NCBI RefSeq assembly: GCF_001194135.2
Contig: NC_068992.1
Coordinates: 67,317,372-67,381,371 of the forward strand
Source: Octopus bimaculoides
Lineage: Eukaryota
Direction of reading: 5' to 3'
DNA length: 64,000 bases
Shown: positions 1 to 11,850 of the stretch, piece by piece
How positions within the stretch are numbered: the stretch's first letter is position 1
How the letters are laid out: every line of letters starts with the position of its first letter
The notes under the pieces: model-generated
Told to the model about the DNA's origin: nothing
The model's database searches: none
What the model saw: the letters and a program-made list of their open reading frames with translations, nothing else
Program-made: the position numbers and the translations under genes

Positions 1-668
1 AGCAAGGATTATAATCCTGCTAATATTCTCATAATCTCTGCTAAATTCACAGCATATTAACACCAGATGCAGCTGGGAATATATTGATTTTTTATGCCTT
101 CCAGCTCGGCAGCATTCAATTTCAGTCTTGGTTTGAGTTGGTTCGGGTTATTTATACGTTGCTCTGAAACATAAAATATTTTCCATTCTTTCAATGATTT
201 TTTAGCAATATTTCTTCGAGAATTACTCTTTTGTTACATGCAATATTAGTACTGCAACATATTTCACTTTTTCTTGGTACTAGTTATTCATAATTTATGC
301 AATGCATGTTATAAATTACCGATGTTATTAATAAGTTTCATACTTAACAGTGACACACATGTTTTAGCGGCTCGTGGTCATTTTCTCTCGTAGACTTTTT
401 ATATAATTTATTTAATGGTTAGCAGTGCCAGAAGATTCCAACTGTCACGATAAAAGAAAGCTATCTTTATATAGTTCTCCAGTTATATATAACAGATCAT
501 CAGCCTTTAAATTTTGGTGCGAAAATGGATGTCTAAATATTAATGTTCCACGGCAATATATGATAAAGAATTCTCCACTAAAGAATATGAGATGCTAACT
601 CATGAAATAGACTACAATATTAGAGAGACGGTCTGTATGCATGAGGATTGCAATTAGAGCTCCATAAT

Positions 669-775
669 ACACATACACATGCACACACGCATGTGTGTGT
701 GTGTGTATGTGTATGTGTGTTTGAGTATGTGTGTACGTGTGTGTGCGTGTATGTGTTTGCGTACGTGTTTTGAGC
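669..775. repeat. Compound (CA)n/(TG)n microsatellite
   Basis: Direct sequence. It explains the THTH/VCVC ORFs at 595-874. Confidence 0.95.
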
Positions 776-1373
776 ATACGTTGTAAAACTCGAAAAGATA
801 TTTAGAAGAAAATAAATTTTTAGTAGCGTAAATGCTTTTAAACTGACAATGATTCCCCTAGCAGCTTTCCTCATAAATTGTTCTCCAGTATTTCTGTAGA
901 ATTCTTGCTTCCGGTTCGTATTTTACTAGTATCTTCTCATTTATTAAACTTACTGCGTGAGTAAATGAATAAGAGAGAAATTTACTTGTGAAATGTCAAT
1001 CTCCTTTTACATACTTACTCATTTATCTAATCATATTTGAATCTGTATCTCACTATCTCCACATTAAACTATAAATCTATTATCTTTAAAATGTCTGTGT
1101 TACATTACGAAACTGAACGGTTATCACGACTACATCAACAGGCCTGCTAAGTATGGATTGGTATCTATGAAATATTAATCATATATAACTAACGGTGTGG
1201 AAGTAGCTGTTATTGAATCTCAAGTGACAGCATTTTATTACAGATAAAGTGATCGGTTGACATTTAACATTGATTTACAAAATAATATGACAGAATGCGT
1301 TAATGGTTTTTATTTTTTAATCGCAAAGTTATCACATTATAAAATTTAATACTCTTGGGCTTAATGATAATGG

Positions 1374-1545
1374 CTAATTAGAAATATCACTTGTAGCACG
1401 TAAAATATCGGATATCTGGAAACTCTGGCTACATTGGAAGAAATAATTGCGAAAATAAAATTGTCTTGTTTTTAATACTTTTGGAAGAATTGCTGGAATG
1501 CAAAAATATAGTTTCCTGGGTCTATTGTTGGTTTGGGGAAGTATA
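1374..1545 (-). mobile_element. Penelope-like element fragment (RT/GIY-YIG linker), decayed
   Basis: Translation NNRPRKLYFCIPAILPKVLKTRQFYFRNYF resembles the PLE linker RxRKIIWFNPP..VKT and the better copy at 31950-32050 (KNRPRKIIWFAPP). Confidence 0.45.
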
Positions 1546-1699
1546 ACGTTATTGATAATGAACATTATGATTAAAATATTTATGATAAATATCAGGTGAT
1601 CAATAATAACAAAATCTCACCCACCACCAACAACGACAGCAATAAGTTGATGATGATGATGATAAGGACGACAACGACAACAACAATCATATTAGAAAC

Positions 1700-2640
1700 T
1701 AGGTCGTTCAATTTTGCTTTCGACATTGCGTTCATTAGCTGACAAGCATTCTAAGACAATCAACGACATGTGTAAAGCAGGAGAAATCCATCTGCTATAT
1801 TCGGATGACCTCAAAATATTCACCAAAAATCTTAAAGACCTGGATTCTCTTGTGCAACCCATAAGATTATTTTGCAAGGATATCGGCATGCAGTTTGGGC
1901 TGAAGGAGTGTATAGCTTTAATACTGAAGAAAGGCTGAAAGATTAAATATGATGGTATAAATATAATACAAAAAGGTATCATATGATCACTGATAGATAA
2001 AATGAAGTATGCAAGGACCTAAGGATGTTGCAGAGTGGTAAAATAAAAGTAAATAAGAGAAGGATTAGGAATGTGCTCGAAACAAAACTAAATGAAGGGA
2101 ATGTTATTAAAGCGGTGAATCCATACAGCTTGTCTAAAGTGGGGAGAAAACCACATCTACCGGAATTAGAAGGACTAGACTGTTGCTTAAATTGCATACT
2201 GCAAAGCACCTGTAGTGTAATATCGACATGCTCTATATAACAACTGAATAGGTAGAAGTTTATGAAATGCAGAAGACAATATCGGTGCTTCGATACCGGG
2301 TTTCAAACGTTGTGTTGTACGTGGAGAAGAAAAATCATTATCTGCATCAGAAATAACGACAAATAAGAGAAATCATAAACCGAAACAGGAATGAGATAAT
2401 AAAAAGCTGGAAAGGGATGGGATGACAAGTGACTTTGATGCAATAAAACGAAAAAGTTAAATGAGTCGAACGCTGCTTATGAATAAAGGATAGAAACCTG
2501 AATGGAGAAACAGAATCGCTGGTTATGGCTGTCCATAGGAACAAGCCATTAGAACAAATTCTATAGTGACAAATTGACTCAGGGAGTAAACATTGAACGT
2601 GTGGGAAATGTGACGAAAGCAGTGGCAATTTAGCTGAGTA
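1700..2640 (+). mobile_element. R4/Dong-clade RLE non-LTR retrotransposon fragment (RT C-half to zinc knuckle), decayed
   Basis: IHLLYSDDLKIFTKNLKDLDSLVQPIRLFCKDIGMQFGLKEC is the RT YxDD region. It is followed by ETKLNEGNVIKAVN and, near 2500-2620, LNGETESLVMA..EQAIRTNS..CGKCDE, all typical of R4/Dong ORFs. Frameshifts and stops are present. Confidence 0.85.
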
Positions 2641-3218
2641 CACAATATTAACAAAAAAAACAAAAAAAAAAAACAACAGTATAGCGTTGAGCATAACGTT
2701 ATCGGTAAGAGAGTACACTGTGTTGACAGTCAATCTTGTGGCTTCAGAGTGCTGGAAATGTAGAATGAACACGCGAGACAGTCACAGTGAATTATCGTTA
2801 CAGGATTTCAATAAATTCTCCATAGCGACTGATCATAATATTGAAGCCAGTTAATCAGGTATGACCGTAGAAAACAGAAACAAAATGCGTAAGATCACAA
2901 TGCTTGCATTACGGAATGAAAGTAGAATGGATATGAAGGAGAGTAAAGAAAACTGGAAACGATTACGAATTAGCCAGAGAGAAGAATGGATGGTGGAACA
3001 TAAAGACGAAGAGGTGTTCATGCAGTCGGTGGTTCATTTTGGTATTACAAACAAACTAGTACACAATGGACTCAATGTAATTGAGACTCATATTGTCCAC
3101 CTGCTGGCGGGTGACATTCTGTAATGTGAAAGAAACACTGACATTCGAATTCTGGAGATTTGAGGAGAACTTATTGTCCTCAAACGTCCGGTTGCTTATG
3201 AAATCGGCTTGAAATTCC

Positions 3219-3270
<52 letters not shown>
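3219..3270 (+). repeat. (AAT)n microsatellite directly 5' of an R4/Dong copy
   Basis: Direct sequence. Confidence 0.95.
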
Positions 3271-3271
<1 letters not shown>

Positions 3272-3840
3272 AAGTGCCGCCACGATAAGGTGTGATTGTT
3301 TCTTCATTGGTTCTTATGCCGTAAATACCAAAATGAAATAACAGAGAACTGGTACGAGCATGTACCAAGTAAAGTTATGCAGGAAGATGGAAAAGTAACG
3401 ATACTCTGGGACTATGATGTTCAGACGGATCCTGTAATCGAACAACGTCGGTCGGATAATGTCATATTGAATAAGAGAGAGAAATACTGTCAGATCATTG
3501 ATGTAGCCATACCAAATGACATGAACATTGTGAGTAAAGAGGTTGAAAAAAATCATGAAGTACTCTGAATTGAAAGTAGAAATGGCAAGACTATGGAATG
3601 CGAGAGGGTAATGTAAAAGTGATACCAGTGGAGATCGGAGCGTTGGGCTCAATCCCATTGAAACTTCAAGACTTCTTAAGGCAACTGGAAATCTCAGGCA
3701 AGACTGATGTCTTGCAAAAAGCAGCCTTACTGGGCACAGCGCTCATCTTAAGGAAAGTATTATCTGTCTGAGGTCCTTGTTGTGACTTGACAGATGACTA
3801 AAGACTCCGGTGCATTTTTACCTAAACTGTGTTACGAAGG
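3271..3840 (+). mobile_element. 5'-truncated R4/Dong LINE: RLE domain plus 3' UTR, between (AAT)n arrays
   Basis: RHDKV..HWFLCRKY..WYEHVP..VTILWDYDVQTDPVIEQRRSDNVILNK..CQIIDVAIPND is a PD-(D/E)xK RLE motif. After a frameshift comes IGALGSIP..LQKAALLGTALILRKVLSV, stop at 3769-3771, and a ~70-nt 3' UTR running into aataataata. Confidence 0.92.
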
Positions 3841-3904
3841 AATAATAATAATAATACTAACAACAACAACAATGATAATAATAACGATAACAATAATAAG
3901 AACG

Positions 3905-4110
3905 CTTTCTTTCTGCTAAACACAGTGGGGCTAAATCTTGTAAAGATGGGTGAAGTCGATAACATTTACCCCAGTGTTCAGCTGGTACTTGTTTCATCGA
4001 CACCGAAAGGATAAATGCAAAATTGACTTCCTCTGCCGAATGTGAACATAAAGAGACGGACAAAATGCTGCTAAACATTTCATTCGGCGTGTCAGCGGTT
4101 CTGCCAGTTT
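3905..4110 (-). mobile_element. tRNA-type SINE (GGCGGCGAGCTGGCAGAA-like family), decayed
   Basis: Shares blocks (gtcgat..ccccagt..actggtactt..atcgac..gaaagga, ..ttctgccag) with the copies at 20385, 40074, 58557 and 59840. Confidence 0.7.
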
Positions 4111-4320
4111 CAAATCCAGGCTCGGGGCCAGCAGTATGTGAGGGGGAGGGAAAGTCCATTGCCTCGATGCTGGCACTTGACCGGCCCTCATTTTGATTGA
4201 CCGAGAAAGAATGAAAGGCAAATGAACGTAGGCGGGACTTGAAATGACAACGGAAAGGCGCACGAAACGAGGCTAAGCATTTGGTCCGATGTATTAACCA
4301 TTCTGCCTGCCATACGCCTT
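4111..4320 (-). mobile_element. Second tandem copy of the same SINE family
   Basis: Same block order (gaaagaatgaaaggcaaa..gctaagcattt..ccattctgcc..cgcc) immediately after the first copy. Confidence 0.6.
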
Positions 4321-4549
4321 ACATTGGTTCCGAATAATACCACTTTGAATCTCTTAATCCATCATTCTGCACCTACAAAAATTCCAGTCGCCGTAAATGC
4401 ACGAATATGATTTATAACCAGATTAGTAGAGAAATGTATCAAATGTACCGAAAATTCAGCGCGCAAGACTTCGCTGGAATTTAATATTTACACCAGATAA
4501 AAATAATCTAATGAACGAGATTTGAGTCCTGCAAATAAAACCCTACACC

Positions 4550-6281
4550 GTGAGATAGGAGGATGATGCTATTTTACATTCATGGGTATAACTTCAATAA
4601 AAACTACAACGTATACAAACTTTTGGAGGAAAATATTCGATATCTAAGCGTTAGAAGATGACTTGTGAAGAAAAACTTGTTTAATGGAACAGAATATCAG
4701 AAATCGAAAAGAAAATGGAAAATATGGAACACATAACGAACACTCAAATACTGAATGTGAATTAAACAATAAAATAAAGAATACGTTCTGATATAAATGT
4801 AAAGCATGGAAAACCAATAAAAATATAAAAGACAACAAAATGAAATGTATGAACACTGACCAAAAAGTGAACTGATATTAAAAAAAAAATGGGAGAAGAT
4901 AGTAGAAAAGGAATTCTAAAGATGAAAATCAGGAACATGACAAAGGCGTGAATAATTACAGAAGTAAAAACAAGGAAAGAACATACGATGGACCATCGAA
5001 AGTATTTCCATGGAAGATTTAAAAAAAGTTTTAGATGAAATATCAACAAGAAGAATAAGAAATCTGTCCAACGCAAACTTAATGGTAAAATCAATATTAC
5101 CAGTTAAGGCAATAGTATATATATTTATATATAAGATACTGTTGTTGGAAAATAAATTTGGCACCGTCCAAGATTTAGACATACAGGAATATCGAAAATT
5201 CAAGCCAACGAGAAGTGAAATAAAGAGAGCGAGAGAGATAGTAAATAAGAGGAAATATATTTCAATGTTGAATGAAATCAATAAAGAAAGGACATAAGAG
5301 AAAGATTAGTGATAAGGGGACAAAAAGAAGTATCTGAGACGAAATAAAAAACGCCTGAAACAAGAGACAGTCGCAAAATCACTACTGGAAATCGGAACGA
5401 AAAGCGAGCATAATAGTTTGAACAAAATAAACAATTCTTTTCCTACCAAGAACTGTGTTATCAAGAATGATATTATCAAAAATTAAATAGATAGCAATAT
5501 AGTACCAGAAGCAAGTAAAATAGAAGAATTTCAGTGAGAAGTATGGATAATGAAGGAATTACGAAGTACAAAATTGTTCAAAACAATGAAAATAACAGTC
5601 TAACAATCGAGGAGCATCATAGGCCAAAAGTCGCCCCAGTAACTAACAAAATATAGGAAAGACAAGGAAATTTTAAAAAAATGAAAATACTTTAATAATC
5701 TGTGCATATTAAAGGGTGAAGATGGTGTTGAAATCCAACCTGAATGCCAAATATTTGATTACTGCAATGAATATTTGGGCAGTTGCGGTGGTCTGATATA
5801 GTGCGTCCATCCTCAAATGCACTAAGGAGGAAATATCGAGGCTGGATAGAAGGACGAGAAAATTGATAACGCTGCATGGAGCGCTACACCTTAACATATA
5901 CGTAAACAGACTCTGGGACTCTGATTTTCAGACAGATCATTGATGTAGCCATACCGAATGACATGAATGCTGTGAGTAAAGAGGTTGAAAAAGTCACCAT
6001 TGGCTTTGAACTGAAGGTGGAAATGGCAAGACTGTATGGGATGCGAGAGGGTAATGTAAAAGTGATAGCAATGGTGATAGGAGCGTTGAGCTGAATCCCA
6101 TTGAAACTTCAAGACTTCTTAAGGCAACTTGAAATCCCATGCAAGATTGATATTTTGCAAAAAGCAGCCTTAGTGGACAGGGCGCTCATCTTAAGGCAAG
6201 TATTATCTGTATGAAGTCCTTGTGACTTGACAGATGATTAAAGACGCCGATGCAATTTCTACCTACACTCTGTTACGAAGG
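4550..6281 (+). mobile_element. Internally deleted R4/Dong LINE (N-terminal, pre-RT, post-RT, RLE and 3' UTR blocks; RT core missing)
   Basis: LKQETVAKS..EQNKQFF near 5360-5500; RVKMVLKSNLNAKYLITAMNIWAVAVV.YSASILKCTKEEISRLDRRTRKLITLHGALH at 5710-5900; 5925-6281 is a clear paralog of 3490-3840 including the 3' UTR, followed by (AAT)n. Confidence 0.8.
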
Positions 6282-6288
6282 AATAATA

Positions 6289-6333
<45 letters not shown>

Positions 6334-6344
6334 TAGATGCAATG

Positions 6345-6470
6345 GAAATAATCGATAAAGGCAATAAAATTTATTAATCCCTGGCTTACCATCCATGCAA
6401 GAAGTGCAAGAGATTGTGTTTACTGGTCCGTCGCGCATATTGAGAAGCGCATTGTTGATATGAGAACGAT
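6345..6470 (+). mobile_element. Short R4/Dong-like 3' ORF end
   Basis: IPGLPSMQEVQEIVFTGPSRILRSALLI* resembles the R4 C-terminus (IQKxVLxGTAHILRxxL). Confidence 0.5.
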
Positions 6471-7029
6471 TACCACGGAAATAAATGATAATGACTTTTC
6501 TTTTATTTTTTCGCATTTGAATTTGTAAATAAACCATTTGGCGTGTTTATTTTAATGACATATCAATGTATACAGCTAGTTTCCTTGTCCTAGGTGTCTA
6601 ATAGACACTCAACAAAAAAGAGAAACAAAATTGAAAGAACAATGAAAGAACAATAATAATTCTTCCTAATTTTGGTACAAAACCAGCAAAATGTAACGGG
6701 AGGAATTACGTCGATACTATAGGATCCAGTATCTGATTGACGCCGCTATATATTGACCCCAAAAGAATGTAAGGCATCGGCAGGATTTGAAATCAAAATA
6801 TTAATCACTGAAATACTACAGTGCTTTTGTTACGACATTGAGAATCCATTGAGGAAGACAACACTACTTTTTCAATCATATTTGATGGTATCCTGCATTC
6901 GATATATGCAAGGAAAGAAATCATTCGCTAACTTTGGAAACATTCCCATACACAGGTAAGAACCTGAACACTATTTGGAGACAAGTAATCATTATTTTTG
7001 TATTTGCACACACTTTTACTTGCAACGTA

Positions 7030-7159
7030 CGTACATACATGCATACTTAAAAACACAATCACACACATACATACTTACATCAGTCCAAGACTCTTACATA
7101 TATACATACTTTCATACATACAGGTAAGAACATTTACATACATATGCCAGAATATGTAC

Positions 7160-7204
<45 letters not shown>

Positions 7205-7750
7205 TTGTACTCGCTTTTGTACATACATATACATTTGTAATTTTCGTAACTATTTTGTATAAACACATACACACGTATGTATATATTCATGCATACATAT
7301 ATATGTGTGTGTGTGCGTGTGTGTGTGTGTGTGTGTGTGCGTGTGTGTGTGTTTGTACGTACCTATATACGTGAATATATACATCTGTATGTGCGTTTAG
7401 ACAAAATGACTACGAGAATTAAAAATGCTCAAAGAAAAAATGATATGAATTGCAGCAACTGCATAAAAACTGCAGAAGAACATTGCAGAGAAAGACGCAT
7501 TGTAAAGAAAAGTTGAATTTTCTTTCGGCAATGACAATAGTTTCAATACTTCTGGCGAATTTTTGGACGAAAAAGCAACATTCGAACAAATATACTTAAA
7601 CCCCACCACACACACACGAATACACGCACACGCACGCGAGCAAACACACACGAATACACGCACACGCACGCGCACACAAGCACACATATGCACATATATA
7701 CATAAACGCTCATACGTTCACGTATACACATGCACAAACACATACAGATG
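7030..7750. repeat. Cluster of (TA)n, (TG)n and (CA)n microsatellites
   Basis: Direct sequence. Confidence 0.9.
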
Positions 7751-8013
7751 ATTCGATGACTGTAAAGTAAATAAAGTAACTTCCACTGGAGGACCAGTTT
7801 TGTTTTCACAATATATATATCTCAGAGCAGACGAGCTGTAGTCATGCAGCATTTAGATGGAAGCAAAATTGTATTGCAGCATTATGTAACAAGTATTGAC
7901 GCTCTTTTATGAGAAGCCTTTACAATATAACCTCTCCTGCTGGAGACTGGATGTAATCTGTGTGCATTATGAAATCATCGGGCCCCACAGTGTGACATCC
8001 AAAACCATATATA

Positions 8014-8014
8014 T

Positions 8015-8056
<42 letters not shown>

Positions 8057-8120
8057 CGACAGAGAGAGAGAGAGAGATAGCGACAGAGAGAGAGAGAGAG
8101 AGAGAGATAGCGACAGATAG
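8014..8120. repeat. (GA)n with a higher-order GATAGCGACA interruption repeated three times
   Basis: Direct sequence. Confidence 0.9.
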
Positions 8121-8779
8121 AGCGCGTATTCCATAATTTTGTTTTCAAGACTGATAATATAGTGGTACACATAAGCTGATAATCTAGTTTTATAACATGT
8201 GGAATAGAAGAACACTTCGGAAGTATAACACCAGATCGCATAACGTTAACAACTTTAGTGAAACGCGTTGTTAGTAAGCAATATTTTGAGAGAAGATGAG
8301 ATGACTTATGACTTAGTGTATCTTTCTGGTCGTACATTGCTGAGAAAACATGTACATGACCATTCTACGATCTACTACTGAATCTCTGGTGTCGGATCAG
8401 GCAAGAATGTCCATAATTGTAAACGATGATGGAATGTACCCAATTCGACATCGGGGATCCTTACAACCATTGTCCACGTAAGAATTTTCAAGTGGGTAAC
8501 AAACCAGACATGTCTAAGACTTTGACTAAACATAACCAGTGGTGTTTCTTACACGTGATGGAATAAGCACTCGTTATATTACTTTTCTTTATGTTAAGCA
8601 CACCTGTATTTCAAGATATTCAAATGTAAATGTATATAAAGGAAATAAGTTCAGCTTTAATGATTTTTGTCTTTAACAACAACCATTGTTTTCCTTGTAG
8701 GGGATGCCTCAGAACGTCAGCTTTTGAAGCCCCAGTTTATTTGTTAGGTGTTATCATTTCGAAAATAATTGTGAATAAA

Positions 8780-10080
8780 AAGTTGTTGAAAAAATTTAAA
8801 TGGTACCCACAAACAAATGTTCTGCTTACCTCACCTATTCAGGTAAATGTAACAATCTTCTAAACGCCTCCCACTGATAAAGTAATTCAAAGAATAATTT
8901 CCTTCCAATAGCTATAAGTTGAACAGTTTTTTCCTGCAGTGTTGTCTGTTTACACCAAAATCCCAAATCTAGAAATGAACAAAATATTATTAATGGCATT
9001 TCTACTTTCTATGCCCGTTGTTTTGATGCGTTACAAGCTGTGGTTTCCATTTTCTCTTTTGAAATCTGTTTCCTACTTCCTCAAATTATGAACGACACTA
9101 GGTTGAATTCTGTTTAAAATTAAACTGAGGGACACTTTCATGACAGTAACTAATGGCCCAATAAAGGTACTTTATTTACAGAAATCTCCATTCCTGGATA
9201 GTTTTTATAATCTCAGGTGAAATCCCACCAACGTTCGCATTTTTATTACTCTCTACCGGCTTTATAAACTTTGTAATATCAACTAGTCATTTTATTGTTT
9301 TCTCTTTTCCATTGCAAGATCCCGTTCAGCTGCGACAGTATTGTCATCATTTTGTAGAGTTGATCTATTTTATATTGCTTCAAAAAGTTTCGTCCTTCTA
9401 TTTTTTATTTCTTTATCTCTTGTCAAAAGCTGATCCAGTAAAAGTTTAGTTGGGGACTGTTGGCCTACCCCGGCAATACTTGTAATATCTTTAATTGTGT
9501 GATTATTTAATCTAGCTTTTTCAGTTTTAGTCTTATCTACAACAGCATTCAAGTATTCCTTGTCACAATTAATGAAATTTATGCAGCCATTTAACCTTCG
9601 ATATTCCTCCTTTATATTAAGTTATCTTTCACGAAAATTTTCTGTTGCTTCCCATTCAAGTCTTGCTTGATTCCTCTTATGTATCGTGTATTTTGTTTTA
9701 TTGTTAATTCCACTTTTCGTTTTCAATTGTCCTTCGCTTTCAACTTTAGCTGGTTCTTGTAATGTACCTCTTTGTCTCTTTCAGTTCCATCCATTAATAT
9801 CTTGAGAACATCAATTCTGTTTCTACATTCACACTAAGCTCTTAGCTTGAAATTCTTGTCAGCTCCCGTTTTCTATCTTTCTCTCTCCCTCTCTCGAAAG
9901 CTTTAAACATGAGATTCTTGTTGACATCTTCCGATTTAGCTGAATTGTTAACTCTAACATTGTGAGCTGCCTATTGTTGCCAATATCGACAGCTCTCTTA
10001 AATGATGCATCTCTTAGCGACACCCTAAATCTTTGATCAATTAAAATGTAATTAGCTAAATCTAGTCGTTCCAAGTATAT
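8780..10080 (-). mobile_element. RTE-clade LINE fragment (APE C-terminus to RT N-half), decayed
   Basis: YILIDQRFRVSLRDASFKRAVDIGNN matches APE C-terminal DHILI..R..DV..RGADIGSDH. TIKD....LLLDQLLTRDKEIKNRRTKLFEAI*NR matches the RTE linker. LILNRIQPSVVHNLRK*ETDF matches RT domain 1-2. Confidence 0.7.
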
Positions 10081-10399
10081 TTGTGTTTATTTCACAAGAC
10101 AAAAATATATTGCCAATTATCAGTTAGGTCTATAGAATATAAAATCATTAGAAAAACGCAGTCGATTTTCACCCATTTCATCTATTACTTAGTCATCCAT
10201 TCCGAAAACCGTCACTGCTGCATTTCGGTTTGGTATTAAAACCTCCAAGTCACATCAGCCAATAAGGTTTCGTTCCTTTTTCAGCTGTCACCTGAAGCTT
10301 GCTACGTATTTCATCTTCCTTGGTGTCTGTCGTTCCATTTGAACATAGGCAGAATACAGTTACGAGCATTTTCATGGGTTGGTCTGAATCTATCACATA

Positions 10400-10640
10400 A
10401 AATCCTCGCATTAAATACTTAAGAAAAATATTAAAAGGTCCTTACCGAGTCATTGCTTCATACGACAGCTTTCACGGATTCTGTGGCATAAATATTTCAA
10501 CCCTGGATGGGACGCCGGACTGTTGCCAGCTGAGTGGACTGGAGCAACGCGAAATGAGATGTTTGCTCAAGAAGATTACACATCAAATGGTCTAGGAATC
10601 GACACCATAATCTTATGATCACAACTGCAGCACTGTAACT
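10400..10640 (-). mobile_element. SINE fragment (second family, ccagctgagtggactggagcaac block)
   Basis: The reverse complement shares gttgctccagtccactcagctg with the plus copy at 22480-22760. Confidence 0.6.
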
Positions 10641-10869
10641 TCTAAATTACGCGCTTGCACGCATTAAATATTTAACATACATTACATACCTAATAAGTTT
10701 ATTTAATGGCTAATAGTCTCAGTCATTGAAAAGTTCTTCATTTTCTCTTCCTGTCAGAATAATAAATATGAAATAGTTTCTTTTCAGTTGATTTTTCATT
10801 TTCCGATTTCAACTTATGAAAGCTGGTTAATCTCCTCTCGGTAATGACGTAGATGGTCGAATTATATTT

Positions 10870-11850
10870 GTGTAATTGGGTCGGACGAATCCTGAGCTGC
10901 GTAAACACTGATACATCATTACAATACATCATCACAAAAGTGCAAGTTTCTGCTGATGACTATGGTCTCACCAAAAATGAAATTGATGCTCGTGAACAAA
11001 CTGCTAAATATGAAGTTCAGCCCTCAGTTGCAGAACTTCTCGGCTCCATGAACCTTCCAGCTCCATAAACATTCGACTCCATGAACTTCACGACTCCATA
11101 AAACTTTCGGCTCTATGAAGCCCTCGAGAGACAAAAGCAAGAAGAAGATCTGCTCCCTTGAATGATGTAAGCTCTTTTGGATAGAAAATTTTAATAGCAC
11201 TCCGATGATTAATACGAATATAGGTGCGACATCTGGGTGGGTGGCCATCCTGGCTGCGTCACCTCAAGCAGTCTTGAGACGAATACATTGTGTTGACCCT
11301 GCGAAGGACCTTTGTTTTCAGCCACCAGGACTACTGCTCTCAGCTATGGTGACCACAAAATGCCAAATACAGAGTGGCATTTGAAGCGGTCCAACGTCAC
11401 TACACTCGAAAGATTGTAACATTGCAACAGAGGAGCTACAGGGAGAGGCTGCACATCTAAGACTTTGCTTCTTGGAACGAATACGCGACAGATGTCTAGT
11501 AATCTAAATATCGGAAATTCTAGAAAGGCTAATAACTAATTTCGTCATGAAGTGTTATACAAATGCGCGAATGCTGTTCTATTCTAACAAAGGTACCATC
11601 CGCTCCGTTTAAATTCAGGACGAGGTATTACAAAAACTTGGGGTTCATAGGTCCACAGGTCTTAAATGACCTGCCACAAAAATTAAGAAACCTATAGAAT
11701 GTGGACACAGATGTTTTTAAACCATGACTGGAAATTTTCCCTTTACGAAACCGGAGGAACGGGCCACTTGGCATGAGGTACACACGAGGGCAATGGGGTC
11801 CATCTCCTTCATACACGAAATGGCCCAACAGCCGGAACAATAGCACGTAC
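10870..11850 (+). mobile_element. CR1-type LINE RT 3' half, decayed
   Basis: TKVQVSADD (xADD motif); DYCSQLW*PQNAKYRVAFEAVQRHYTRKI..SYRERLH..LCFLERIRDR; GPQVLNDLPQKLRNL.NVDTDVFK, which is a typical CR1 C-terminus. Confidence 0.8.
11033..11128 (+). repeat. Degenerate 16-17 bp minisatellite (about 5.5 units, consensus gaacttcNcgRctccat) inside the CR1 RT
   Basis: Units: gaacttctcggctccat / gaaccttccagctccat / aaacattcgactccat / gaacttcacgactccat / aaaactttcggctctat. Confidence 0.85.

Noticed and set aside
440-510. CTGATGA hammerhead-like core on the minus strand
   Set aside because: It has GAAC instead of GAAAC and no stem I or III pairing.
6753-6955. Exon ending at a strong CAG|gtaag donor, phase-compatible with the MAM-like exon
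   Set aside because: No clear acceptor, and the peptide lacks the MAM N-terminal CxFE..W pattern. Unsupported.
11033-11128. CRISPR-like array
   Set aside because: Contiguous units with no spacers, in eukaryotic LINE context.
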